Source of the DNA: Candidatus Tenderia sp.
GTDB taxonomy: Bacteria > Pseudomonadota > Gammaproteobacteria > Tenderiales > Tenderiaceae
Assembly: GCA_031416075.1 (NCBI GenBank)
Contig: JANOSY010000002.1
Coordinates: forward strand, 9,606-73,605
Length of the DNA stretch: 64,000 nucleotides
Reading direction: 5' to 3'
Part shown: positions 9,601 through 17,906 of the stretch, one piece after another
How the letters are laid out: every line of letters starts with the position of its first letter
Position numbering within the stretch: position 1 is the first letter of the stretch
Made by a program: the position numbers and the translations under genes
The notes under the pieces: model-generated
The model's database searches: none
What the model was told of the DNA's origin: nothing
What the model saw: only the letters and a program-made list of their open reading frames with translations

Positions 9601-10623
9601 TGGTTGATAGGCATCGGCCACATCCTGTTCTGTGGTCATGCCAAAGCCCATTTTTTCATTCCAGAGCCAGGCACCCACAACAGGGACCCCGCGGTAGTCA
9701 CGATACCCCTCCAGATCGATACCTCGTTCACCTCGGGCGGCTGCGGTGGCCATGTGGGTGAGTGGGCGCTGTGAGAGTGGCAATGCGGGCCTGTTGTGTT
9801 CGGTTAGATCGGTGCCAGGGTCGCGGATCTGGATCTTCTCCACGGCGCTTTCACCCTGCATTAGCAAGCCCACATGGTTGAGCTGGGTGGTAAAACGGCT
9901 CTCGCTTAACATGGCACCATCACGGTTGAAGATGTAACTTTCGCCGCTGCTGGAGATGCGTGCTGCCTGTAGTGTGGTGAAAAACTCTTTAACCGGGTCA
10001 ATTCTCAGGATCAGTAGTGCGACAACGCTGCCATTGCTACTTTTAATGGGTGCACCGACAAACATGGTAGGCAGATTGCTTTTAGGTACCCCTTTCTGAT
10101 CAGGCAGGGGCACGTCGCTGATCATCGGGTGGCTCATGGCCGATTCACCCGCCCAGAGTCGTTGCAGCAGCTCAGGCTGTTTGACCAGCGGAGTGGTGGC
10201 CCCGACATTGGCATCACGTGCTGATGAGAGGTTGATGTTATCCGGCGAGACGATGAAATACCCTTGGTATCCGCCTATTTTATAGAGCCAGACGAGCTTC
10301 ATGCTGCGCGGCTCCTGCTGCGCGGTTAGTAACGTCGCACGGTCACGGGGCAGTTTTAATAAACTGTCGGCAATCGCCTGTATGTCGGGAGAAGAGGCGG
10401 CAAATTCGGCGCGTCGGATATGTTCAAATGCCCACAGATTCATGGTGTTGTTATTGATATCAAGAATGGCATTTAATGAGCGGGCCAGATCTGTGCGGGA
10501 GCGTTTTTCAAAGGTGTGGTCTGCCCACCAGGTGACGATGGCAATGGCGGTTAGCACCAAGGCGAGCGCACTTAAGGAAGGTTTGTTAGCACTGATCCAT
10601 GCGCTTAGTTTTTTTACAGACAT
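6631..10623 (-). CDS. Membrane hybrid histidine kinase: periplasmic Cache-like sensor, 2 PAS, HisKA, HATPase, 2 REC (first degenerate), Hpt
   Basis: SHEIRTPMNG, NAVKF, DNGIG, GGTGLGL, LTDCHMP, HRLKSSA; PAS1 MPAPDREQHDGYI. Confidence 0.93.
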   Translation of the reverse strand: MSVKKLSAWISANKPSLSALALVLTAIAIVTWWADHTFEKRSRTDLARSLNAILDINNNTMNLWAFEHIRRAEFAASSPDIQAIADSLLKLPRDRATLLTAQQEPRSMKLVWLYKIGGYQGYFIVSPDNINLSSARDANVGATTPLVKQPELLQRLWAGESAMSHPMISDVPLPDQKGVPKSNLPTMFVGAPIKSSNGSVVALLILRIDPVKEFFTTLQAARISSSGESYIFNRDGAMLSESRFTTQLNHVGLLMQGESAVEKIQIRDPGTDLTEHNRPALPLSQRPLTHMATAAARGERGIDLEGYRDYRGVPVVGAWLWNEKMGFGMTTEQDVADAYQPLHIFRTLLYSFALFTALLLTGLVVMSARSRAQLKRSQTRVQGLVDTLADGVVVINHKGIIDSINPAVEKLFGYKAAELIGQNVSILMPAPDREQHDGYIRNHVDSGMNLMGSGREVQALRKNGREFSAEVIVNEMRLDDTLYFTGVIRDVTQYKQVEEQLNMLNDELQMLALVAQETDNAVIVTDKEGQILWVNRGFASSSEYLMEDVLGQHLAELLQNTNSDPQAIDSIRQTLSSGQKMTTELLTHSKSGRPYWINMEVSPVFDYNDEVKKFIILERDITALRQIMGELQAAKEDAEEASRSKSNFLAAMSHEIRTPMNGVIGMIDVLDRTELDDQQVKLTTTIRDSAFALLGIIDDILDFSKIEAGRLDLEEIPTELGLLLEGVGETLQPIAVSKNVDLTLFCDPRIPILSGDPIRIRQILFNLAGNAVKFSSGNNKTGKVTVRADLVELLTDKNLARIRIQVSDNGIGMNPDVQKRLFQPFTQAENSTTRRYGGTGLGLVICRRLVEMMNGTVTLESEEGKGSIFTVALELETVPQENAKPSQELAGVTTILVGFDEVASAIVACYLGYAGAKVLLDMTLDSCIQRVSNTTGNNETVVIIDDRQAQLGGKTLYERLGTQNHLKNIRMLIITSNTATSPTVEQKNVSYLQMNSLSRSQLIQTVGIALGRVEKTERTTHKTPLSHRTPMTVEQARQSGQLILVAEDNKTNVKVIIHQLGLLGYAAEVANDGKEALELWRKEPFALLLTDCHMPEIDGYDLARAIRLEEKEGQRMPIIAITADALSGTHNHCLEAGMDDYLTKPTQVEKLNAMLSRWLPEPIEIPIEIPVEVSIEVPDAETSQNADEEQAWDDWGDEDEEPVAESPQTTSAPPLPINGVVDPEILANAIGSNDHALLCDFYQDFLSTLKETLVEVNQAHAAGEYQPIGGLGHRLKSSANTTGATALAEYCLTLEMAGKADDRDSIDRLIPQLNSHATAAIAWIEQFIAS

Positions 10624-10789
10624 CAAGTTTCCCCACCCAAAACAGTCGTCAGAGCAGGTCATCGGCTGATCAAAAAATTAGATTACCTTCCTGTGAGTAA
10701 TTGAATGGTCAAAACGGTCTGGATAACCCATGGCCTCCCGGTTACCATAGCCATCCACTTCAGCCATGAACGTATATAAGGTATCTCTG

Positions 10790-11656
10790 ATGATATTAAG
10801 CATGACTTCGTTTGCGCGCCGTGAGCGTGAGACCCCCTCTGGCAGCCTGCGTTGGGAGCTGCGTTCAGTGAACCACCGTTATCTCGATGTGAGTGTGCGG
10901 TTGCCCGAGGAGCTGCGCGCCCTGGAGGTTCGGATACGCGAGCGCATGGGTGCACGGTTGAAACGGGGCAAGGTAGACGCGGGACTCCGTTTTCAAACCA
11001 TCGACACACAGAGCCGCTCCCTGGCGATTGATCATGATGCGGTCAAACGGTTGGCAGCAGCGGTGCGTGAGGCGACGATACATATTGCCAATCCCGCACC
11101 GTTGGACATGTTTGAAGTGCTGCGCTGGCCAGGGGTGATGCAGCAGGAGGAGGTCGATCTGGAGCCACTCTACGAAGCGGTGATGGCACTGCTGGATGAG
11201 GCGCTGGATGAGATGGTTGAAAACCGGCACCGTGAAGGGGATAAACTCAAAACAGTGATCCTGCAGCGCTGCGACACCATCGATGCCCTGGTGATCAAAA
11301 TGAATCTCCATCTGCCATTGTTGCGTGAACAGCTGGGCCGCAGATTGTCAGAGCGTCTGGCGGAGCTGAAAGGTGAACTGGACGTTGGCCGTCTGGAGCA
11401 GGAGATTGTCATCCTGGCGCAAAAGATGGATGTGGATGAGGAGCTTGACCGTCTGGCCGCACACGTCAGTGAGGTGCGCCATGTGCTGGAGTGGAATGAA
11501 CCGGTAGGACGACGCCTCGACTTTCTGATGCAGGAGCTGAACCGCGAGGCCAATACCCTCGGCTCCAAGTCCAACGACACCGAGGTGACACGTGTCAGCG
11601 TTGATCTCAAAGTGTTGATTGAGCAGATTAGAGAACAGGTTCAGAACATAGAGTAA
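10790..11656 (+). CDS. yicC: YicC/YloC endoribonuclease
   Basis: SMTSF, SVNHRYLD, GRRLDFLMQELNREANTLGSK, EQIREQVQNIE. Confidence 0.96.
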   Translation: MILSMTSFARRERETPSGSLRWELRSVNHRYLDVSVRLPEELRALEVRIRERMGARLKRGKVDAGLRFQTIDTQSRSLAIDHDAVKRLAAAVREATIHIANPAPLDMFEVLRWPGVMQQEEVDLEPLYEAVMALLDEALDEMVENRHREGDKLKTVILQRCDTIDALVIKMNLHLPLLREQLGRRLSERLAELKGELDVGRLEQEIVILAQKMDVDEELDRLAAHVSEVRHVLEWNEPVGRRLDFLMQELNREANTLGSKSNDTEVTRVSVDLKVLIEQIREQVQNIE

Positions 11657-11985
11657 TTACAGCAATAAAATTATGGGGTGCTGTGAAAAACCCCCGTGTT
11701 CAAAGTACGTATGGGGCGCAGATTCGACGAGGCGGGCTTATCACGCCACAGACGGGGGAGTTAATCAGTTCTTCCGGGGCTTGGTCTGGTTGACTCTCCT
11801 GTTTTAGTTTTCGATAAGTAACTGAGTATGAATTGCCGCAGTATCACTGCCGGTTGTACATGCGCCGGACCCCCCCCCTCACTATCTTGGCCCTTGTCGG
11901 GGCAAAGTCATCTTCATAAATGAGTGGTTCGGTTCTCAGCTCCCAGAAAATAGATCTGGCCTACCTGACAGTCTTAAATTTTCGG

Positions 11986-12011
11986 CCGCACCTCCCAAAT
12001 GGGAGGTGCGG
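11986..12011. other. Perfect hairpin CCGCACCTCCC-AAAT-GGGAGGTGCGG
   Basis: 11-bp perfect inverted repeat in a ~650-bp intergenic region. Confidence 0.75.
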
Positions 12012-12313
12012 AAAGAAAATCGCCTGAATAGACTCCCTACGACTGATGTGGAAAGCCCCTCGCGTTGCCATGCCGCTGTCGCTCCGGCAATGGGGCAGCC
12101 CCTCATTCAACGCCATTTTATGATTGTATTTCGTCTGTTCGCGTACGGTTTTTACATGGTCGGGGCAAGGGCGCTAGATAGGCAAAGCTGGCGCAAACGG
12201 AAGTGGTTTTTATGCAGTGGTTCGACCGTAGTCAAATCCATACACGAGTGGTGTGATTTGGCTGAATTAATGGGGTATGTATTTAGGCACGTTAGAGTCG
12301 GGGGACAGATCCA

Positions 12314-14530
12314 ATGAATTCGCTACGCAATATGTTTCGGTTGGTGGGATTGTTTTTGGTTGCTACGCTGCTCACCGCGTGCGGGGGTGGCGGTGGTGAT
12401 GGCGTTCCACAAACAGATACTGGACTTACGCCGTCGTCAATCACCGTAACCCCATCGCTAGGCGTCATAACTAACGCAACAGTTAGCATTTACAAGGCCG
12501 ACGGCACAACCTTTATTGGCAGCGGTGATCTCGGTTCATCAGGCAAAGTGACCATCAGCTTCAACGACTACTCCGGCCCCGTTGTTATCGAAGTAGCAGG
12601 CAATGCTGCCGCCCGCTATTTCGATGAAGCAACCAACGGTCTCGTGGCATTTCCCGCCGATAAAAAATTCCACGCCATCGCCCCCACCAGCAGCGGAACA
12701 TTCGCCGTTACCCTGCTGACGGAGTTGGCCTATCAACGTGCACTCGCCACCAACGGCTTCCCCTTGGTGGCCGCCAACGTCACCGCGCTCAATGAGAGCG
12801 TTCGCAAGGCGCTCATTCCAGAGATTGGCGATCTACTCACTCCCCCTACTATTTATAACTCCAGTACCACTGCCAACAGTCTTGGCAACGACGACGCTGG
12901 CAAATATGCACTCAAACTCGCCGCCTTAGCCCAATTTGGCAGCGGCCAGGCCGCGCCCGCGTTGGCCATCATGCAAATCCTCACGCAGGATATCGGGGAT
13001 GGCGTTATCAATGGCAAAGATTCTGCCAATGCCTCGATCAATGCGCCTTATAGCAACTTCTCCACTGAGCTGATGAGCAAGCTCACCTCAACAGCAGAAA
13101 GTTACGGTACGCCGGAATTAAAAACAGCGCTGGGTGGTTATCCTGCATTGGCACCGAATGTCGGTGGGGGTGGCAATGGTGCTGGAGGGAGTGGGTCACT
13201 GGCAATCGCCAATGCCCCGTCTTTCGTCGGAAACACCTTCATCGCCAGTAATAGCGAAATTGATAACTCAGATGCGTCAGAGCCATCGATTACGTGGATT
13301 AACGACAGCACCGTTATCGGCGTGGTTACAGATGGATTGACCAACAATGTCAAACTGATTGCTTTTTCTAGTTTATCATCATCGACATCAGGTGGGGCGG
13401 GGTGGGTATGCTCGAATGCTGTTGACTCCCCAATACCGTGCAGTGGAGTAACGTTGAACAGAAGCGCCGGCACCCTTACCTTGGCCAATACCAAGTTAAC
13501 GGGGGGTACGAACGGGGTGATCGCTACCTACCCAGATATTACGTTAAATGGAACGCTGACTTTTACTCCAAGCAGTATTGGTGGTAACACAGGTGGTAGT
13601 GGCGAAAGCGTTAATTCCACTACCGGTAACAACAGCGCCGTGCTGAGCGGCGCGGCCATTGGCAAAGGCACCACGTCCGTTGATAACCTTCGTAAGCAGA
13701 TCGCTGTGACTGTGCTCGGCCAGGGCACGCTCCCTCTCACCGTCGGCACTGCATACGCCACACGAAGCAGTACCAGCAGCTACTTAGACTACGCCTACAT
13801 CATCTTGCCGGTAACCAATACCGGAAACCAACTTTTATGCTATATAGAGCTCGCAGGGCTAACGTATCGCAATGCCAGTGGTGTGGCACTTGCGGATCCT
13901 GGCTACACCTACGTGCGTGGGTCGGTTGGAAAGCAATCAATCTTCAGCTCCAACTACTACACCAATAGCTGTCTTGCCCCCGGCGAAACGGGCTGGGTGA
14001 TCGACATCGAATCTATCTACTCGAACGTCGCGGCGATGGAGTTTACCTTCGAATCCAGTTCTTCGGCTTTGAGCGCCCCCACTGCACGTGTGATTCCACA
14101 GAGTTATACGGTCAATCCAATCGCAGATGGCGGAGGACAATCTTTGGCTGTCACCGTCACCAATATTGGCTCGGGTTCGGCACAGATTTCCGGATTTGGT
14201 AATCTGTTGGTGTTGTTTGACGATGCGATGCGACCACTGTTTTATGACGTTGCCAGTGACGTAATGCCAAGTAATGGACTCATCCCTGTGTCCGGTACAG
14301 CAACGCTTACCACAGACTACCTTGGAAGTTACTACGAAGGATCGGGGCAAAAACTGCTCGTCTTCGTAGATTTCGAGGACACCACCACAGCTAGTGCCAG
14401 GTCTTTAGCCGGCTCTATAAACCCAGCATCCGAAGAGTGCGATGCCGCTCTATCTCGAGACGAATTGAATATGTGCATCCTCGAGAGCAGAAATCGACGG
14501 ATAGCGGCACAGGAGGCTTCCATGCAGTAG
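12314..14530 (+). CDS. Large multidomain lipoprotein, unknown function
   Basis: Lipobox LLTAC-GGGGG; Gly-rich linkers; beta-rich C-terminal domains (VTNTG...CLAPGETGW). Confidence 0.85.
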   Translation: MNSLRNMFRLVGLFLVATLLTACGGGGGDGVPQTDTGLTPSSITVTPSLGVITNATVSIYKADGTTFIGSGDLGSSGKVTISFNDYSGPVVIEVAGNAAARYFDEATNGLVAFPADKKFHAIAPTSSGTFAVTLLTELAYQRALATNGFPLVAANVTALNESVRKALIPEIGDLLTPPTIYNSSTTANSLGNDDAGKYALKLAALAQFGSGQAAPALAIMQILTQDIGDGVINGKDSANASINAPYSNFSTELMSKLTSTAESYGTPELKTALGGYPALAPNVGGGGNGAGGSGSLAIANAPSFVGNTFIASNSEIDNSDASEPSITWINDSTVIGVVTDGLTNNVKLIAFSSLSSSTSGGAGWVCSNAVDSPIPCSGVTLNRSAGTLTLANTKLTGGTNGVIATYPDITLNGTLTFTPSSIGGNTGGSGESVNSTTGNNSAVLSGAAIGKGTTSVDNLRKQIAVTVLGQGTLPLTVGTAYATRSSTSSYLDYAYIILPVTNTGNQLLCYIELAGLTYRNASGVALADPGYTYVRGSVGKQSIFSSNYYTNSCLAPGETGWVIDIESIYSNVAAMEFTFESSSSALSAPTARVIPQSYTVNPIADGGGQSLAVTVTNIGSGSAQISGFGNLLVLFDDAMRPLFYDVASDVMPSNGLIPVSGTATLTTDYLGSYYEGSGQKLLVFVDFEDTTTASARSLAGSINPASEECDAALSRDELNMCILESRNRRIAAQEASMQ

Positions 14531-14568
14531 CCACGCCGTTTTCGCATTCCTACGTTGCAGGTTAGCCA

Positions 14569-14697
14569 GGTGGGCACGCTTTTTGTGCCCACGCAGACAA
14601 ACGCGGAAACAGATGAACATGACAAATAATAATCCGCTGTGGTTGATGATGGCGCACCGCGTGGGCAACCTAAAAAACGGATTGCTCACCGCACTAC
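14569..14697. repeat. ~130-bp REP-bounded element, copy A
   Basis: Aligns along its whole length with 17581-17710; terminal palindromes GTGGGCAC..GTGCCCAC and GTGGGCAA..TTGCTCAC. Confidence 0.85.
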
Positions 14698-14728
14698 TGA
14701 CGATAGGCATGGCTAAATGGGGGATAAA

Positions 14729-17575
14729 ATGCGCAACACAACAGGGTCGTTAGGTCATATGTTTCGTTTGGTGGTGTTGCTATTGGCTGCAACGCTGTTT
14801 GTTGCCTGTGGCGGTGGTGGTTCCGATCCTGCTCCGATTGCGCCTGATTCCGAACCTGCAACAGGGACGGTTTCAGGGTTGGTCGTCTCGGCCATCACCG
14901 GTGCGGCCATCCCCGGCGCAACCATTCGCGCAGGCACTGCCAGTGTGACGTCGGCGGCGGATGGGAGTTACACCTTAACGGCAGGCGTCAACGAACGCGC
15001 CATCATCTCTATCGCGGCAGTGGGTTTTGCGGAAACCTTTCAGGTGGCCCGCCTGGCGGACGGGCTGACGGCGGCACTCGAAGTACAACTGCTGCCTGTC
15101 GGGGTGACGCAGCCCATCACTATCGCGGCGGGCGGCACGGTTACGGTGCCGGACTCCAGCGCCCAGGTCACCATTCCCGCTGGCGGACTTGTGTCGGCAA
15201 CGGGTGGCGCGCCAGCGACCACGGTTAACGTATCACTCACGCCGATCAATCCGGCGATAGATTCCCGCGTCATGCCGGGAGACTTTACGGCGCTGCTCAC
15301 CGGCAGTGGTACCCCGGTCGCCATTGAAAGCTTTGGCGCACTGTTGGTGGATGTACGCGACGCCAGCGGCACACGCTACAACTTGGCGGAAGGACAAACC
15401 TCCACCATCCGCATCCCGGTGGGGTCACTCTCGGCATCACCACCCCCCACCATTCCTTTATTGATGTTTAACGAAACGACTGGCCGCTGGGTAGAGGAGG
15501 GCACCGCCACCCTCACAGGCCCCGCGCAAAACCAGTTTTACACCGGGACGGTAAAACAATTCGGTCGCTGGAACGCCGATCAGGCGATGAACACGGTGAT
15601 GGTCTCAGGCTGTGTCCGTGATACTGCCAATCAACCGGTGGAAAACGTGAGTGTTAAGGCCGATGGCGTCAACTACTCAGGGTCGGCTTCGACATATACA
15701 GCGGCAGATGGCGGCTTCCGGCTGGCGGTGCGTCGTGATGGTCTAGTGACGATCAGCGTAACGTTCTTGCTCAATGGCAAGCCAGTGACCGCCACCGTCA
15801 ACGCAGGCCCCTTTACCGCCGATACCACACTGCCATCCTGCATTGAGACAGTACCTGTGCCGCTGGCAATCACCGCCCGGTTGCTGCCAGCAGGCATCGT
15901 CGGCACACCCTATAACGCTAGACTAGCCGCCACCAATGGCACCAAACCCTATTACTGGAGCTTCTCCGGTGCTATGCCGACGGGTTTAACACTAGATCAA
16001 GCCACCGGCCAGATCAGCGGTACACCCACGACAGCGGCCACTTTTAGCGGCGGCTTCGAGGTACAAGACAGCTCAACGCCCGTACAGTCAGCGACCACGC
16101 CCTTCACCATCACCGTGACCGCACCTGCGCCATTGGCGATTATCACAGGCTCAACACTCCCGAATGGCAGCGTGGGCACCGCCTATAACGCCAGCCTGAC
16201 TGCCGCCAACGGCACACAACCCTATGCCTGGAGTTTCATCGCCGGTAACTTGCCGACGGGCCTGACACTGAGCACCACCGGCCAGATTAGCGGCACGCCA
16301 ACCGTCGCAGGCACCTTCCTGTTCACGATACGGGCGCAGGACAGTTCAATGCAGTCGGTGACTGCGCCGTTCAATATCATCGTGGCCGCGCCCGCACCGT
16401 TTGGCATTACCACATCGTTGCTCCCGGCGGGAATCGTGGGTAGCGCCTATAGCACCAGTCTGGCCGCCGCCAATGGTACGCAGCCCTATGTCTGGAGTCT
16501 CATCACCGGCGCCCTGCCAACGGGGCTGACACTGAGTTCAACCGGCCAGATCAGCGGCACACCGACCGTTGCGGGTGTTTTTCCCGTGACGATAGAGGCG
16601 CAGGACAGCACGACACCAGCAAAGTCGGCGAGCGCGTCGTTGAGCATCACCGTGACCGCGCCCGACACCACGCCCCCTACGGTTATTTCGACAACACCGG
16701 CCAACAGCGCTACCGCTGTGGCGATCAACAGCCCCATTAGCGCTACCTTCAGCGAAAACATGAGCGTTGCCACCCTCACGCCAGTCACATTCAGCGTGAA
16801 CGGTGTTGCTGGCACGGTGACCCATTTAGGCACCACGGTCACTTTCACCCCTTCCGGCCCACTGACCACTAATACTAGCTACACCGCGACTATTGCTACG
16901 GGAGTGAGCGACGCGGCCGGGAATGCCATGACCAGCGCTTACAGCTGGAGTTTTACGACACAACAGAGCGGCAGCGACTTAACAGAAAAAATTGGGGTAT
17001 GGGAAGGCGAAGGATTACAACCTGGATTTGGCACATGGACTATAAAAGTAACTATAAAAGCGGGAGAGCAGTTGATTGAATATCCGTCCCTGAGGTGTGG
17101 TGGAATTCTAACGTTGTCATCTGCCACCAATACACAACTCACCTTCAGAGAAAAGATAACCTTTGGTGGATGTGTAGATAATGGGTTTGTTGAGCTTGCC
17201 GATGAGTCGAGCAATAAACTTATCTATCGTTGGTATTATCCAGATACAAACAATAGCCAAGGAAGTTTGGGCGCGACTGGTAGTGTGACCCTAGTGACTC
17301 CAGAGGCAGATTTTTTGGCGTTGGCGAAAAAAAGCGGTTGTTTAGCTTGTCACTCCGTTGAGAAAACAGTTGTTGGTCCAGCATTGCGAGATGTTGCTAA
17401 CAAATACAAAGGCGATGCAGCAGCTAAAGCAGCTCTTGTTGCTAAAGTAAAAGCGGGTGGTAATGGTAACTGGACTGCGGTAACAGGTGGGGTTCCAATG
17501 CCACCCTACTCACCACGTGTTACTGATGCCAACATCGAGAAGTTAGTTGACTTCATACTTGGCTTGGCTGGGTAA
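14729..17575 (+). CDS. Lipoprotein: carboxypeptidase-regulatory-like domains, 3 putative Ig (He_PIG-like) repeats, Big_5-like Ig, unknown domain, C-terminal class I cytochrome c (c551/c552-like)
   Basis: Lipobox LFVAC-GGGG; 3x LPxG.VG..Y...L.A.NGT.PY.WS...G.LPTGLTL...GQISGTPT; DTTPPTVISTTP; CLACH...VGPA...GVPMPP. Confidence 0.9.
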   Translation: MRNTTGSLGHMFRLVVLLLAATLFVACGGGGSDPAPIAPDSEPATGTVSGLVVSAITGAAIPGATIRAGTASVTSAADGSYTLTAGVNERAIISIAAVGFAETFQVARLADGLTAALEVQLLPVGVTQPITIAAGGTVTVPDSSAQVTIPAGGLVSATGGAPATTVNVSLTPINPAIDSRVMPGDFTALLTGSGTPVAIESFGALLVDVRDASGTRYNLAEGQTSTIRIPVGSLSASPPPTIPLLMFNETTGRWVEEGTATLTGPAQNQFYTGTVKQFGRWNADQAMNTVMVSGCVRDTANQPVENVSVKADGVNYSGSASTYTAADGGFRLAVRRDGLVTISVTFLLNGKPVTATVNAGPFTADTTLPSCIETVPVPLAITARLLPAGIVGTPYNARLAATNGTKPYYWSFSGAMPTGLTLDQATGQISGTPTTAATFSGGFEVQDSSTPVQSATTPFTITVTAPAPLAIITGSTLPNGSVGTAYNASLTAANGTQPYAWSFIAGNLPTGLTLSTTGQISGTPTVAGTFLFTIRAQDSSMQSVTAPFNIIVAAPAPFGITTSLLPAGIVGSAYSTSLAAANGTQPYVWSLITGALPTGLTLSSTGQISGTPTVAGVFPVTIEAQDSTTPAKSASASLSITVTAPDTTPPTVISTTPANSATAVAINSPISATFSENMSVATLTPVTFSVNGVAGTVTHLGTTVTFTPSGPLTTNTSYTATIATGVSDAAGNAMTSAYSWSFTTQQSGSDLTEKIGVWEGEGLQPGFGTWTIKVTIKAGEQLIEYPSLRCGGILTLSSATNTQLTFREKITFGGCVDNGFVELADESSNKLIYRWYYPDTNNSQGSLGATGSVTLVTPEADFLALAKKSGCLACHSVEKTVVGPALRDVANKYKGDAAAKAALVAKVKAGGNGNWTAVTGGVPMPPYSPRVTDANIEKLVDFILGLAG

Positions 17576-17580
17576 GCCGT

Positions 17581-17710
17581 GTAGGGTGGGCGCGTTGTTT
17601 GTGCCCACGCAGTCAAATGTGGAGATGAATGAACATGGCAAATGATAATCCGCGTGTTTGATGTGGCGTACCGCATGGCCAACCCAAAAAACGAGTTGGC
17701 CATCGCGCTG
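17581..17710. repeat. ~130-bp REP-bounded element, copy B
   Basis: Begins GTAGGGTGGGCGCGTTGTTTGTGCCCACGC; aligns with copy A. Confidence 0.85.
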
Positions 17711-17906
17711 GGAGAGAGTGCGGAGTAGTTGAGTTTGACAAAGGTAGGCAGTGATAAGAAAGCGGCGGTTCGACAAAGTCGCCGCAAACGCTAACGCGTT
17801 TTAAAAAAACGATCAATTGTAACCAAAGTCACGGACAATTAGCGTGGCTGAATTGGTTTAACGGGGGGTGCTATGCACCATAAAATTCCAGGGAGACGTA
17901 CTTAAC

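Noticed and set aside
12006-12317. 103-aa ORF upstream of the first lipoprotein
   Set aside because: No RBS or recognisable motif; starts inside a hairpin; likely spurious
14569-17710. Integron cassette array (attC sites)
   Set aside because: No intI in the window; the repeats begin with GTAG-REP palindromes shared with housekeeping regions and lack clear RYYYAAC/GTTRRRY ends
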